Notes under the pieces: model-generated
The model's database searches: none
What the model was told of the DNA's origin: nothing
The model's input: the letters and a program-made list of their open reading frames with translations, nothing else
Source of the DNA: Oceanispirochaeta sp.
GTDB lineage: Bacteria; Spirochaetota; Spirochaetia; DSM-2461
Assembly: GCA_963666275.2 (NCBI GenBank)
Contig: CAXXOA010000001.1
Coordinates: forward strand, 96,001 to 160,000
Direction of reading: 5' to 3'
Length of the DNA: 64,000 bases
Translations under genes and position numbers: made by a program
Part shown: piece after piece, positions 1 through 9,335 of the stretch
Layout of the letters: each line of letters begins with the position of its first letter
Position numbering within the stretch: position 1 is the first letter of the stretch

Positions 1-2
1 AG

Positions 3-995
3 GAGGAAACCTGGTTCGACGCCGGCTCTCCGGGGCTGTCTCTGCTTGTAAATCCCTATTTTCTGGAACAGGCAAAGCACTCCCGGCCTCTCAGGTCCCA
101 GTGTATTCCTACAGGGAATGAGCTGAAAAAGGCGGAAGGGGAGAGCCCCGATCCTCTGACCGAAGCGCCCTATTCCCCTGTTCCCCGGATGATTCACCGC
201 TATCCCAACCGGGTGGCCGTTCTGACTACCGACCAGTGCGCCATGCACTGCCGGCACTGTTTCCGGCGGAGTTTTACAGGCAAAGGGAATCCTCCGCTGA
301 AAGAGGCGGAGCTGAAACCCATGGGGGATTACATTACCGCCCATCCTGAAATCCGGGAGATTCTCCTGACAGGAGGGGATCCTCTGACAATGGAGACCGG
401 GCTTCTTCTGAGGATGATCAGGCAGTTCCGGGAACTGTCCGACTCCCTGGTGATCCGCCTGGCCACAAGGACTCCCTCTGTTCTGCCCGGAAGGATCGAT
501 TCCGAGCTCGCCCGGGGACTGGCCGGATGCGGGCCTCTGTGGGTCATCACCCAGTTCAATCATCCCGACGAACTGACACAGGAAAGCCGGCAGGCTCTGA
601 AACATCTCCGGGAAGCGGGACTCCCTCTGCTGAGTCAGACTGTCCTTTTGAAAGGCATCAATGATGATGCGGAGGTCCTGGGTGAACTTTTTCAGATGCT
701 GCTTGTGGAAGGGGTGAAGCCCTACTACCTTTTTCAGGGAGATCTGGCGGAAGGCACCTCCCATTTCAGAACGTCCCTGGAAAAGGGATGGGAGATTATG
801 GCCCGGTTGAGACAGACCATTTCCGGGCTGGCCATGCCGGTTTACGCCGTGGATCTGCCCGGGGGGGGAGGGAAGATCCCCCTGAGTGAATCTCTTCTGG
901 TGGAAAAAAATGCTTCCGGTTATGTCTTCAGGAATCCCGCGGGAGATCTGTATACCTATCCCGATGAAAGGAGTGATGTGAATGAACGGAACTGA
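3..995 (+). CDS. KamA/EpmB-family radical SAM protein (lysine 2,3-aminomutase-like), 5'-truncated by the window edge
   Basis: CxxxCxxC motif (CAMHCRHC), plus HRYP, LTGGDPL, FNHP, QTVLLKGIND, PYYL and PGGGGKIP family motifs. The frame is open from base 3, so the true start lies upstream of the window. Confidence 0.85.
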   Translation, partial: EETWFDAGSPGLSLLVNPYFLEQAKHSRPLRSQCIPTGNELKKAEGESPDPLTEAPYSPVPRMIHRYPNRVAVLTTDQCAMHCRHCFRRSFTGKGNPPLKEAELKPMGDYITAHPEIREILLTGGDPLTMETGLLLRMIRQFRELSDSLVIRLATRTPSVLPGRIDSELARGLAGCGPLWVITQFNHPDELTQESRQALKHLREAGLPLLSQTVLLKGINDDAEVLGELFQMLLVEGVKPYYLFQGDLAEGTSHFRTSLEKGWEIMARLRQTISGLAMPVYAVDLPGGGGKIPLSESLLVEKNASGYVFRNPAGDLYTYPDERSDVNERN

Positions 996-1554
996 TGAGA
1001 ATAAAGCCCTTGTCTGGAAAGAAACAGGAAAAAAAAGGGTTGTCTATAAAGGACCTATCTTTGAAATAGATCAGGTGGAGAGAGTCTCCCCCGAAGGGAA
1101 TTCCTATCCTTTTGTGATCTGCCGGACTCCCGACTGGGTGACAGTCATACCCGAACTCCCCGGGGCAGAGGATTTCCTCATGGTCCGGCAGTTCCGACAT
1201 GGATCGGGGGAGCTCACAATGGAGTTTCCTGCCGGTGTGGTTGATCCGGGGGAGGAGCCTTTAACCGCTGCCATAAGGGAACTCCGGGAAGAAACGGGAT
1301 ATGAGGCAGAGCAAATGATCCTGATCGGCAAAATCAATCCCAACCCGGCCTTTATGAGCAATACCTCCTGGACTTACCTGGCCCGGGGACTGAAGAAAAC
1401 CTCCGTCCTGGATCTGGACGACTCCGAATTTATCCAGGGAAAAACCGTTGACAAGACCACTGTGGACCGGGAGATGGGACGGGGTGAGTATGACAGTGCC
1501 ATTATGGTCCAGGCCTGGTTCTGGTACGGGAAGTTTACTGAACAGGAGAGCTGA
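982..1554 (+). CDS. NUDIX hydrolase (ADP-ribose pyrophosphatase-like)
   Basis: Nudix box EFPAGVVDPGEEPLTAAIRELREETGY; RBS aggag upstream. Confidence 0.9.
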   Translation: MNGTDENKALVWKETGKKRVVYKGPIFEIDQVERVSPEGNSYPFVICRTPDWVTVIPELPGAEDFLMVRQFRHGSGELTMEFPAGVVDPGEEPLTAAIRELREETGYEAEQMILIGKINPNPAFMSNTSWTYLARGLKKTSVLDLDDSEFIQGKTVDKTTVDREMGRGEYDSAIMVQAWFWYGKFTEQES

Positions 1555-1560
1555 AGAGAA

Positions 1561-2424
1561 TCAGTACCTTTTCTGTTTGAGGATTGCTTTGCCCTTCTGA
1601 ATCTGGCCGGAACGCATCTTGTAGTCGCCGGCCACAATGGCAATCTGGATAAAACTCAGAACGCACAGTTCACTGATCCGCGCCGCCGGGAGGTCGCTCA
1701 TTTTTTTCGAGTCCCAGGCTCCGGTATAGAGAATAATGTCGGAATGTTTTGTAATGGGCGACTGGGAATAACCGGTCAGGCAGATGGTTGTTGCTCCTGA
1801 TTCCTTTGCTTTCTGCAGAGAATCAACCGTGTTGATACTGCTCCCGCTGTAACTGATGGCCAGGGCCACATCACCGGGTTTCAGCTGGCAGGCGGCGGTC
1901 ATTTCCATGATCGGGTCCTTGTAGTACTTGCAGTTGATGCCGATCTGCATCAGCTGGTTTATGAAATTCTGAGCTGTAATTCCCGATCCGCCTTCGGCGT
2001 ATATGTCGATCCTGTTGGCCTGAATAATGGCGTCAATCGTTTTCTGGAGAGCTTCGTCATCCAGGATGTTCTGTGTTTCTTCGATGATATGGCGGTTAAA
2101 CCGGAAAATCTTCTCTTTCAGTTCCGGGATACTGTCGTCTTTATGGATTTCAATGATTTCAGATGACGGAGAGAGCAGCTCCTTTTCTATATAGAATTTC
2201 AGATCCAGGTAGCCTTTAAATCCCAGTGTCCGGCAGAAGCGCACAACCGCGGCGGCGCTGGTTCCTGTGGCTCTTCCCACATCCTGGGTGGTTTTATTCA
2301 GGATCTCACCTTTCAGTTCCATTACATAGCGGGCTATCTTTTTTTCTGTGCTGTTCAGTGAGTCGAACTGGCTGTATATATGGGTAAAGTCACTGTAGGT
2401 TTCCAGAGCTTCTTTCTTTTCCAT
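1561..2424 (-). CDS. RpiR/MurR-family transcriptional regulator (copy A)
   Basis: N-terminal HTH (TSAAAVVRFCRTLGFKGY) plus SIS domain (ISYSGSS, TICLTG). Start uncertain (2424 or 2433). Confidence 0.9.
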   Translation of the reverse strand: MEKKEALETYSDFTHIYSQFDSLNSTEKKIARYVMELKGEILNKTTQDVGRATGTSAAAVVRFCRTLGFKGYLDLKFYIEKELLSPSSEIIEIHKDDSIPELKEKIFRFNRHIIEETQNILDDEALQKTIDAIIQANRIDIYAEGGSGITAQNFINQLMQIGINCKYYKDPIMEMTAACQLKPGDVALAISYSGSSINTVDSLQKAKESGATTICLTGYSQSPITKHSDIILYTGAWDSKKMSDLPAARISELCVLSFIQIAIVAGDYKMRSGQIQKGKAILKQKRY

Positions 2425-2564
2425 GAAATGCATTTTACCATATTTTAAAATTAATGAAACAAATTTCAAAAAAAAGTTGACAGCTCAGAAAAGTGGGTTT
2501 AATGTGGTCCTACGGTTGTGAAATGCGTTTCAATAAACGCTCAATTCAGCTGATATATATTTCA
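2424..2564. promoter_or_regulatory. Divergent promoter region: sigma70-type promoter for the operon and repeated TGAAA-N4-TTTCA palindromes (putative RpiR operators)
   Basis: TTGACA at 2477-2482 followed after N17 by TAATGT. Palindromes TGAAACAAATTTCA (2455-2468), TGAAATGCGTTTCA (~2519) and TGATATATATTTCA (~2551). The same arrangement recurs in copy B. Confidence 0.65.
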
Positions 2565-2576
2565 TTGGAGAAAAGT

Positions 2577-3332
2577 ATGACATTAACTGATAGAGTTGCC
2601 ATTGTAACAGGCGCCGGTTCTCCCAAGGGGATCGGAAGAGCTATCGCTCTGACCCTGGCAAAATACGGAGCCAACATTGTAGTCGCCGACCTGGATCTGG
2701 AAGGGGCGGAAAAAGTGGCCGCAGAGATCAAAGCTCTCGGACAGAAAGCTCTGGCTGTAAAGGTCAATGTAATTGATAAAAAAGCCATCGATGAAATGAT
2801 GGATAAAACAGTCGCCGAATTTGGAAGACTGGATATTCTTGTGAATAATGCCGGTATTACCCAGCCTGTCAGTGTAGCCAACACCACGGAAGCTGACTGG
2901 GACAGAATCATTGCGGTTAACCTGAAGAGTACTTTCCTCTGTTCTCAGGCAGCTGTAGAGATAATGAAAAAGAACAAGTACGGACGGATCGTCAATATGA
3001 GTTCCGTTTCGGGAAAGCAGGGCGGCGGCGTTTTCGGCGGTGCACACTATTCTGCAGCCAAAGCGGGGATCCTGGGATTTTCCAAAGCCCTTGCCAAAGA
3101 AGTGGTTCTGGACGGTATTACAGTGAACTCAGTCGCTCCCGGTGCCGTGGCTACAGAGATCCGCAAGGGAATCTCTGATGAAAAAGAAAAGGCTATCGCC
3201 GATGGGATTCCCATGAAGAGAGTGGGAAAGCCTGAAGAGATTGCTTTTACAGTCGCATTCCTGGCAGCTGATGAAGCCGCCTACATCACCGGTGAAGATA
3301 TTGATATCAACGGTGGATCTTTTATCGATTAA
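2577..3332 (+). CDS. Short-chain dehydrogenase/reductase (copy A)
   Basis: TGAGSPKGIG, NNAG and YSAAK motifs; ATG at 2577 with GGAG RBS matches the paralog's start. Confidence 0.9.
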   Translation: MTLTDRVAIVTGAGSPKGIGRAIALTLAKYGANIVVADLDLEGAEKVAAEIKALGQKALAVKVNVIDKKAIDEMMDKTVAEFGRLDILVNNAGITQPVSVANTTEADWDRIIAVNLKSTFLCSQAAVEIMKKNKYGRIVNMSSVSGKQGGGVFGGAHYSAAKAGILGFSKALAKEVVLDGITVNSVAPGAVATEIRKGISDEKEKAIADGIPMKRVGKPEEIAFTVAFLAADEAAYITGEDIDINGGSFID

Positions 3333-3380
3333 GTAATAATTTTTGACCAAATTAAAATATAAACAGAAGGACTTTAATAC

Positions 3381-4373
3381 ATGAAAAAAATTACAGCACT
3401 ACTTTTGACAGCTTTTTTAATGACAGGAATCATCTTTGCCGAAGGTCAGCAGGATAGCGGATCCAAGGTGATAAAACTGAAATTAGGCTATGGAGGTCCC
3501 ACATCCAATCCCCGGCATATCGTAGCTGAGCAGTTCGCTCAGTGGGTTTCCGAAGAGTCTGAAGGCCGTGTGCAGATCGATCTCTATCCTTCTGAAATGA
3601 TCGGAACAGATAGACAGATGGCAGAGATGGTTTCCATGGGAACTCTGGATATGTCGATCAATGCTCCCGGTGTGGTTGCCAGCTATGAACCTAAGCTGGC
3701 TGTTATTGAGCTTCCTTTCCTTTTCAGCTCTCCCGATAAAATCGGTCCGGTTCTGGACGGTCAGATCGGTGAACTGATCGCTCAGGATCTTCCTTCCAAA
3801 GGGATGAGAATCCTGGCGTACTGGGAAAACGGTCTGAGACAGATCACCAACAGTGTTCGTCCTGTAGAGGCTCCTGCGGACCTTGAAGGTCTGAAACTGA
3901 GAACTCCCGAGAACAAAATGACTCTCTCCATTTTCAAGTCTCTGGGAGCCAGTCCTGCCCCCCTGGCATTTTCCGAGCTTTATATGGCCCTTTCCCAGGG
4001 TGTCTTTGATGGTCAGGAAAATCCCATTACCAACATCCACTCTGCCAAGTTTGATGAAGTTCAGGGATACATTTCCATTACGAATCACAAGTACGAAGCT
4101 CTTCCCTTTATCATAAGCGAAAGTGTGTATCAGAAACTGCCTGCGGATATTCAGGCCATCCTGAAAGAGGGTGCAGTGAAGTTTGCCCAGGCTCATAGAG
4201 CCATGGTTCAGGAAAATGAAGCCAAACTGCTGTCTGACCTGGAATCCAAGGGTATGAAAGTTTCCCGTCCTGACATCGTTCCTTTTCAGGAAGCCACAGC
4301 GGGAGTCTATAAAGAATGGGAAAGTGTTCTGGGAGCGGATCTTATTGAGATGATTCGCGCTGAGGCACAATAA
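3381..4373 (+). CDS. dctP: TRAP transporter substrate-binding protein (copy A)
   Basis: Signal peptide; WENGLRQITN, DLEGLKLRTP and GVFDGQENP motifs. Confidence 0.92.
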   Translation: MKKITALLLTAFLMTGIIFAEGQQDSGSKVIKLKLGYGGPTSNPRHIVAEQFAQWVSEESEGRVQIDLYPSEMIGTDRQMAEMVSMGTLDMSINAPGVVASYEPKLAVIELPFLFSSPDKIGPVLDGQIGELIAQDLPSKGMRILAYWENGLRQITNSVRPVEAPADLEGLKLRTPENKMTLSIFKSLGASPAPLAFSELYMALSQGVFDGQENPITNIHSAKFDEVQGYISITNHKYEALPFIISESVYQKLPADIQAILKEGAVKFAQAHRAMVQENEAKLLSDLESKGMKVSRPDIVPFQEATAGVYKEWESVLGADLIEMIRAEAQ

Positions 4374-4381
4374 TATAAGTT

Positions 4382-4420
4382 TTGAGCGCTTATCAGGTTT
4401 ATTTCCCTGTAAGCGCTCAA
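4382..4420 (+). terminator. Intercistronic hairpin after dctP (mRNA stability or partial terminator)
   Basis: TTGAGCGCTTA...TAAGCGCTCAA inverted repeat. Confidence 0.55.
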
Positions 4421-4437
4421 CAACTAAGGAAGTAGAT

Positions 4438-4941
4438 ATGAATGTAATACATAAACTGAACGACATTGTTATTAAGATTGTCACAGCTATCAGCCTGAGT
4501 CTCCTTAGTTTGTTAACCATCGGCACCATGGGCGGAGTCATATTCCGGTATGTACTGAAGAGTCCTGTTGTCTGGCTGTATGAGGCTGTTGTGCTGATTT
4601 TCGCCTGGGCTGTTTTCAGCGGAGTTGTTCTGGCCTATTCCAAAAAGGAACATATCCATCTGACCTTTGTAATGAATGCTCTTTCTGCAAAAGGAAAAGC
4701 AGTTCTGGCTCTGGTGATTGATATTATCAATTGCGCTTTTATTCTGATGGTTATCTTCTATGGGTTCAAACTCGTCAAGAGTACGTCCATGCAGACCTAT
4801 AACACGATTCCCGTTTCCCTGGGATGGTTTTACGCCTCCTTTCCGGTTATGGGGATCCCTATGGTTATCACACTGATAGACAGGTCTATCCGGCGGTTTG
4901 AAAAATCTGAAATGCTAAATACAAATGAGGAGGCCGCCTGA
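4438..4941 (+). CDS. dctQ: TRAP transporter small permease (copy A)
   Basis: Four hydrophobic segments, VIFRYV motif, position between dctP and dctM. Confidence 0.9.
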   Translation: MNVIHKLNDIVIKIVTAISLSLLSLLTIGTMGGVIFRYVLKSPVVWLYEAVVLIFAWAVFSGVVLAYSKKEHIHLTFVMNALSAKGKAVLALVIDIINCAFILMVIFYGFKLVKSTSMQTYNTIPVSLGWFYASFPVMGIPMVITLIDRSIRRFEKSEMLNTNEEAA

Positions 4942-6221
4942 TGGGTTTTATTCTTTTAATCTGTTTCGCCGTTCTGATGGCCATAGGAGTGCCCATTGCG
5001 GTATCCCTGGGACTGAGTACGGCCCTGTCGATCATGATTACCGGTCAGTATAACCTGATCACGGTATTTCACCGGGCTATCAGCGGTGTGGATTCCTATA
5101 TCCTGCTGTCTATCCCCTTCTTTATCCTGGCGGGACAGCTTATGAACACCGGGGGAATCACCCGGAAGATCTTCAAATTCGCCACCTGCCTTGTGGGGCG
5201 TATCCCCGGAGGTCTGGGGCATGCGAACATCGTTGCCAGTATCATCTTTTCGGGCATGTCCGGTTCGGCCGTTGCCGATGCGGGCGGTCTGGGACAGATC
5301 GAAATGCAGGCCATGACCGATGAAGGGTATGATCCCGAGTTCAGTGCGGCGGTCACCACCGCTTCGGCCACCATAGGTCCGATCATTCCGCCCAGCATCC
5401 CCATGGTTGTCTACGGTGCAGCCGCAGAGGTCTCTGTGGGAGCCCTGTTCCTGGGCGGTTTTATCCCCGGTATTCTCCTGGGGCTGACCTCCATGGTTCT
5501 TGTACTGATCATATCCCTGAAACGGGGCTATCCCCGGAGCGATTACTTCAGTTTCAAGGAAGTTGCGATCTCCTTCAAAGAGTCCTTCCTGTCCCTGCTG
5601 ACGCCTGTGATCATCATCGGAGGAATCCTGGGGGGAATCTTTACTCCCACCGAAGCCGCCGTTGTGGCCACAGTCTATGCCTTTGTACTGGGAGTGTTTG
5701 TCTACAGAGAGATCAAACTGAAGGATCTGGCGCAGATCATGATCAGTACGATCATCACCGCCTCTTCGGTTATCTTCATCATCTCGGCGGCGACCTCTTT
5801 CAGCTGGCTGATCGCCATGGAAGGGATCACCATGAAGGTGGCCAACTTCCTGCTGTCTGTGACCACAAACAAGTATCTGATCCTGCTTCTTCTGAACCTG
5901 ATTTTCCTTGTTCTGGGAATGTTTATGGAGAGCCTTTCGATCCTGCTGATTACGGTTCCCTTCCTGATGCCCCTGATCACCCAGGTGGGACTGAACCCTG
6001 TTCATATGGGAGTTGTACTGGTACTGAACCTTATGATCGGTCTGTCCACGCCGCCTGTGGGAATGTCGCTGTTCGTTTCGAGCAAGATAGCCAAGGTGAG
6101 TCTGGAGAGCCTGTACAAGGAGATCCTGCCGTTCCTGATTCCCCTGATTCTGGTACTGCTTGTGATTACCTATGTGCCTGACACGGTTCTCTGGCTGCCC
6201 AGGGTGGTTTTCGGATACTGA
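4941..6221 (+). CDS. dctM: TRAP transporter large permease (copy A)
   Basis: AIPFF-like, SGSAVAD, IIPPSIP, TPTEAA and TPPVG motifs. Confidence 0.95.
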   Translation: MGFILLICFAVLMAIGVPIAVSLGLSTALSIMITGQYNLITVFHRAISGVDSYILLSIPFFILAGQLMNTGGITRKIFKFATCLVGRIPGGLGHANIVASIIFSGMSGSAVADAGGLGQIEMQAMTDEGYDPEFSAAVTTASATIGPIIPPSIPMVVYGAAAEVSVGALFLGGFIPGILLGLTSMVLVLIISLKRGYPRSDYFSFKEVAISFKESFLSLLTPVIIIGGILGGIFTPTEAAVVATVYAFVLGVFVYREIKLKDLAQIMISTIITASSVIFIISAATSFSWLIAMEGITMKVANFLLSVTTNKYLILLLLNLIFLVLGMFMESLSILLITVPFLMPLITQVGLNPVHMGVVLVLNLMIGLSTPPVGMSLFVSSKIAKVSLESLYKEILPFLIPLILVLLVITYVPDTVLWLPRVVFGY

Positions 6222-6335
6222 TAGATTTCCGGGATTCCCGGGGAGGCTGCCGAGAGGAGGTTCTGACGGAAATCCCGGATGATATATTTTTTGAGATGGT
6301 AAACAAAGTTATACGATATTGATTGGAGAATAATT

Positions 6336-7169
6336 ATGAACAATGAAGAAAAAGTTGCCTACCTGAAAGGTAAGGCCAAAGAGCTTCGAAAGACGGCATT
6401 GACCATGATTCATACCGCTCAGTCAGGACACCCCGGTGGATCCCTGTCTGCTGCAGACTTTATGGCGGCCCTCTATTTCGATGAGCTGAATATCAATCCC
6501 AAAGACCCCAAATGGGCCGACCGGGACCGCTTCGTCCTTTCAAAAGGGCATGTCTGTCCCATCCTGTACTCCTCTCTGGCTCTGAGAGAGTACTTCCCCT
6601 ATGACACCATCTACACCCTGAGAAAACAGGGCTCCATTCTGCAGGGCCACCCTGACATGAAGGTCTGCCCCGGTGTGGATATCTCCACAGGATCTCTGGG
6701 ACAGGGCCTGTCCACCGCCGTGGGAATGGCCATAGCGGGAAAACGGGACAAAAAAGACTATCGTGTTTTCTGCCTTGTAGGAGACGGGGAGTGCCAGGAA
6801 GGTCAGATCTGGGAAGCCGTGATGACCGCTGTGAAATACAAACTGGACAACCTGGTGATCCTTGTGGACAACAACAATCTGCAGAACGACAACACCTGTG
6901 ACGTGGTTATGCCTACGGGAGACCTGAGACTGAAGTTCGAGGCCTTCGGCTGTGAGGCAGTACGGATCAACGGACACGAAATGTCTGAAATCGTGGATGC
7001 CCTGGATATGGCAAGAAAGCAGAAAGATAACGGAGTTCCCAAAGTGATCGTGGGAAATACAGTGAAAGGCAAGGGCGTTTCCTTTATGGAAGGTGTTGTC
7101 ATGTGGCACGGTGTTGCCCCGGACAAAGAACAGTTCGCCCAGGCAGTAGAAGAAGTGGAGGCCATGTAA
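6336..7169 (+). CDS. Transketolase, N-terminal (TPP-binding) subunit of a split enzyme (copy A)
   Basis: SGHPGGSLS, DRFVLSKGH, GSLGQG and GDGE...N motifs. Confidence 0.93.
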   Translation: MNNEEKVAYLKGKAKELRKTALTMIHTAQSGHPGGSLSAADFMAALYFDELNINPKDPKWADRDRFVLSKGHVCPILYSSLALREYFPYDTIYTLRKQGSILQGHPDMKVCPGVDISTGSLGQGLSTAVGMAIAGKRDKKDYRVFCLVGDGECQEGQIWEAVMTAVKYKLDNLVILVDNNNLQNDNTCDVVMPTGDLRLKFEAFGCEAVRINGHEMSEIVDALDMARKQKDNGVPKVIVGNTVKGKGVSFMEGVVMWHGVAPDKEQFAQAVEEVEAM

Positions 7170-8098
7170 TGGAAGGAAAAGCAACCAGAGACGCCTACGG
7201 AGAAGAAATCCTGGCCCTCGGAAGAGAAAATAAAAATATCTATGTCGTAGACGCGGACATCGGAAAGTCCTGTAAAACCGTTCCCTTTTCACAGGAGCTG
7301 CCTGATCAGCATGTGAATGTGGGAATCGCCGAGCAGAATGCGGCGGGCGTGGGAGCCGGACTGGCCACCACAGGAAAAATCCCCTTTGTCACCACCTATG
7401 CAATCTTCGGCTCCATGAGGATGGGCGAACAGATCCGACAGGAAATCTGCTATCCCAAACTGAATGTGAAGATAGCCTGTTCCCACGGAGGATTCACTCC
7501 CGCCAACGACGGTGCAAGCCATCAGGCCATCGAAGATATGGGAATCCTCAGAACCATTCCCAATATGACAGTCATCATGCCCGCCGACTACTATGCGGCA
7601 AAGAAACTGGTAAGAGCGGCGGCCGAGTACTACGGCCCTGTCTACCTGCGGTTTACCCGGGACCCGATCCCCTTTATCTACGACGAAAGTGTGGAACTGG
7701 AAATCGGAAAGGCCCACCAGATCAAAGACGGAAAAGACGTGGCCATCATTGCCAACGGCGATATTATGAGCCGGGCCGTGAAAGCGGCGGAGGAGCTGGA
7801 AGCCAAAGGGATCTCTGTAAGAGTCCTGGATATGCACACCATCAAACCCCTGGATGAGGAAGCGGTGGGAGCCTGTATCGATGAGATCGGTAAGATCATC
7901 ACCGTGGAGGATCACAACATCCTGAACGGTCTGGGAAGCGCCGTCTGTGAAATGGTAGCCGAGAGAGGCGTGGGACAGGTGACCCGGATCGGAATCCGGG
8001 ACCAGTTCGGAGAGTCCGCTCCCTATGACTATCTGCTTGAAAAGAACGGCGTCACCGTAGAGAATATAGTCGCTTCCGCAGAGGCCCTGCTGAAGTGA
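7169..8098 (+). CDS. Transketolase, C-terminal subunit (copy A)
   Basis: NVGIAEQN, DGASHQ, GPVYLR and TIKPLD motifs; ATG overlaps the upstream TAA (taATG). Confidence 0.93.
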   Translation: MEGKATRDAYGEEILALGRENKNIYVVDADIGKSCKTVPFSQELPDQHVNVGIAEQNAAGVGAGLATTGKIPFVTTYAIFGSMRMGEQIRQEICYPKLNVKIACSHGGFTPANDGASHQAIEDMGILRTIPNMTVIMPADYYAAKKLVRAAAEYYGPVYLRFTRDPIPFIYDESVELEIGKAHQIKDGKDVAIIANGDIMSRAVKAAEELEAKGISVRVLDMHTIKPLDEEAVGACIDEIGKIITVEDHNILNGLGSAVCEMVAERGVGQVTRIGIRDQFGESAPYDYLLEKNGVTVENIVASAEALLK

Positions 8099-8109
8099 TT
8101 TGGCATGTT

Positions 8110-8217
8110 CCCTCTCCCTTTGGGAGAGGGCAAGGGTGAGGGTTGGATAGAGGCTGTTTCATTTGGCCGGTTCCCCCCCCTCTCCCCCCTTAATCCCCTC
8201 TCCCAGAGGGAGAGGAG
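8110..8217. repeat. REP-like palindromic intergenic element (CCCTCTCCC..GGGAGAGGG pair)
   Basis: Two GC-rich hairpins, ccctctccctttgggagaggg and cccctctcccagagggagagg. Also present at ~19421-19569, with a related fragment at ~35166-35200. Confidence 0.7.
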
Positions 8218-8241
8218 GAGATTCTTTATAAGGATAGAAAC

Positions 8242-9198
8242 ATGAAAATAGTAGTATTAGACGGATACACTCTGAACCCGGGAGACCTTTCCTGGGAGGG
8301 AATGGAAGCTCTGGGTGAGTTTACCTGTTATGACCGGACCAAACCTGAAGAGATCTTGAGCCGTATTGGAGATGCCGATGCGGTGATTACCAACAAGACG
8401 CCTCTCAGCAGAGAAACCCTGGAGGCCTGTCCTTCCATTAAATACATCGGAGTGCTTGCCACAGGGTACAATGTGGTGGATGTGGCAGCTGCCGCTGAGA
8501 AGGGGATTCCCGTGTGCAATATCCCCACCTACGGAACCACCGCGGTGTCCCAGTTTGCCTTTGCTCTGCTGCTGAATATCTGCCACCATGTGCAGGACCA
8601 CTCCAATTCGGTATACGCCGGAGACTGGGCGAACTGCAGTGACTGGACCTACTGGAACTTTCCACTCACCGAGCTGGCGGGTAAGACTATGGGAATCATC
8701 GGTTACGGCCGGATCGGCCAGGCAACGGGAAAGATTGCTCAGGGATTCAGCATGAATGTGCTGGCCTTTGATGAGTATCAGAACAAGGATCTGGAGTGCG
8801 AGACCATGTCCTACGGGACTCTGGATGAAGTTCTCAGTCAGTCCGATGTGATTTCCCTGCACTGTCCTCTCTTTCCCTCAACCGAAGGGATTATCAACAA
8901 AGAGAACATTGCCAAAATGAAAGACGGTGTGATTCTTCTCAATACCTCAAGAGGTCCTCTTGTGGTGGAACAGGATCTGAAAGAGGCCCTGGACAGCGGC
9001 AAGATCCGGGCGGCCGGTCTGGATGTGGTCTCCACCGAGCCGATTAAGAGCGACAATGTTCTTCTGAAGGCAAAGAACTGCTTTATTACTCCCCATATCG
9101 CCTGGGCTCCCATTGAAGCCCGTTCCCGGCTGATGAACATCGCCGTGGACAATCTGAAGGCCTTTGTGGATGGTAAGGTTATCAATAAGGTGAATTGA
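8242..9198 (+). CDS. D-2-hydroxyacid dehydrogenase (glycerate dehydrogenase/hydroxypyruvate reductase-like, copy A)
   Basis: MKIVVLDGYTLNPGD, GIIGYGRIG, SLHCP, NTSRG and TPHIAW motifs. Confidence 0.92.
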   Translation: MKIVVLDGYTLNPGDLSWEGMEALGEFTCYDRTKPEEILSRIGDADAVITNKTPLSRETLEACPSIKYIGVLATGYNVVDVAAAAEKGIPVCNIPTYGTTAVSQFAFALLLNICHHVQDHSNSVYAGDWANCSDWTYWNFPLTELAGKTMGIIGYGRIGQATGKIAQGFSMNVLAFDEYQNKDLECETMSYGTLDEVLSQSDVISLHCPLFPSTEGIINKENIAKMKDGVILLNTSRGPLVVEQDLKEALDSGKIRAAGLDVVSTEPIKSDNVLLKAKNCFITPHIAWAPIEARSRLMNIAVDNLKAFVDGKVINKVN

Positions 9199-9229
9199 AC
9201 CTGAAATTATAGGAATCTTTTTACAACTC

Positions 9230-9273
9230 AGGCTGCAGGCAGTTTTCCTCCTTTCTGTCTGCAGCCTCTTTTT
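9230..9273 (+). terminator. Rho-independent terminator
   Basis: AGGCTGCAGGCAG stem, TTTTCCTCCTTT loop, CTGTCTGCAGCCT stem, then a T run. Confidence 0.8.
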
Positions 9274-9335
9274 ATTTGTATTAACAGAATATTTTTCAGT
9301 GAAGCCTGAATGACCTCTGATGAACTTCTTGCGTC

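Noticed and set aside
7103..7168. N-terminal extensions in the ORF track (transketolase C subunit, also 2493, 17593, 19519, 37560, 40579)
   Set aside because: Paralog comparison and RBS positions support the downstream starts.
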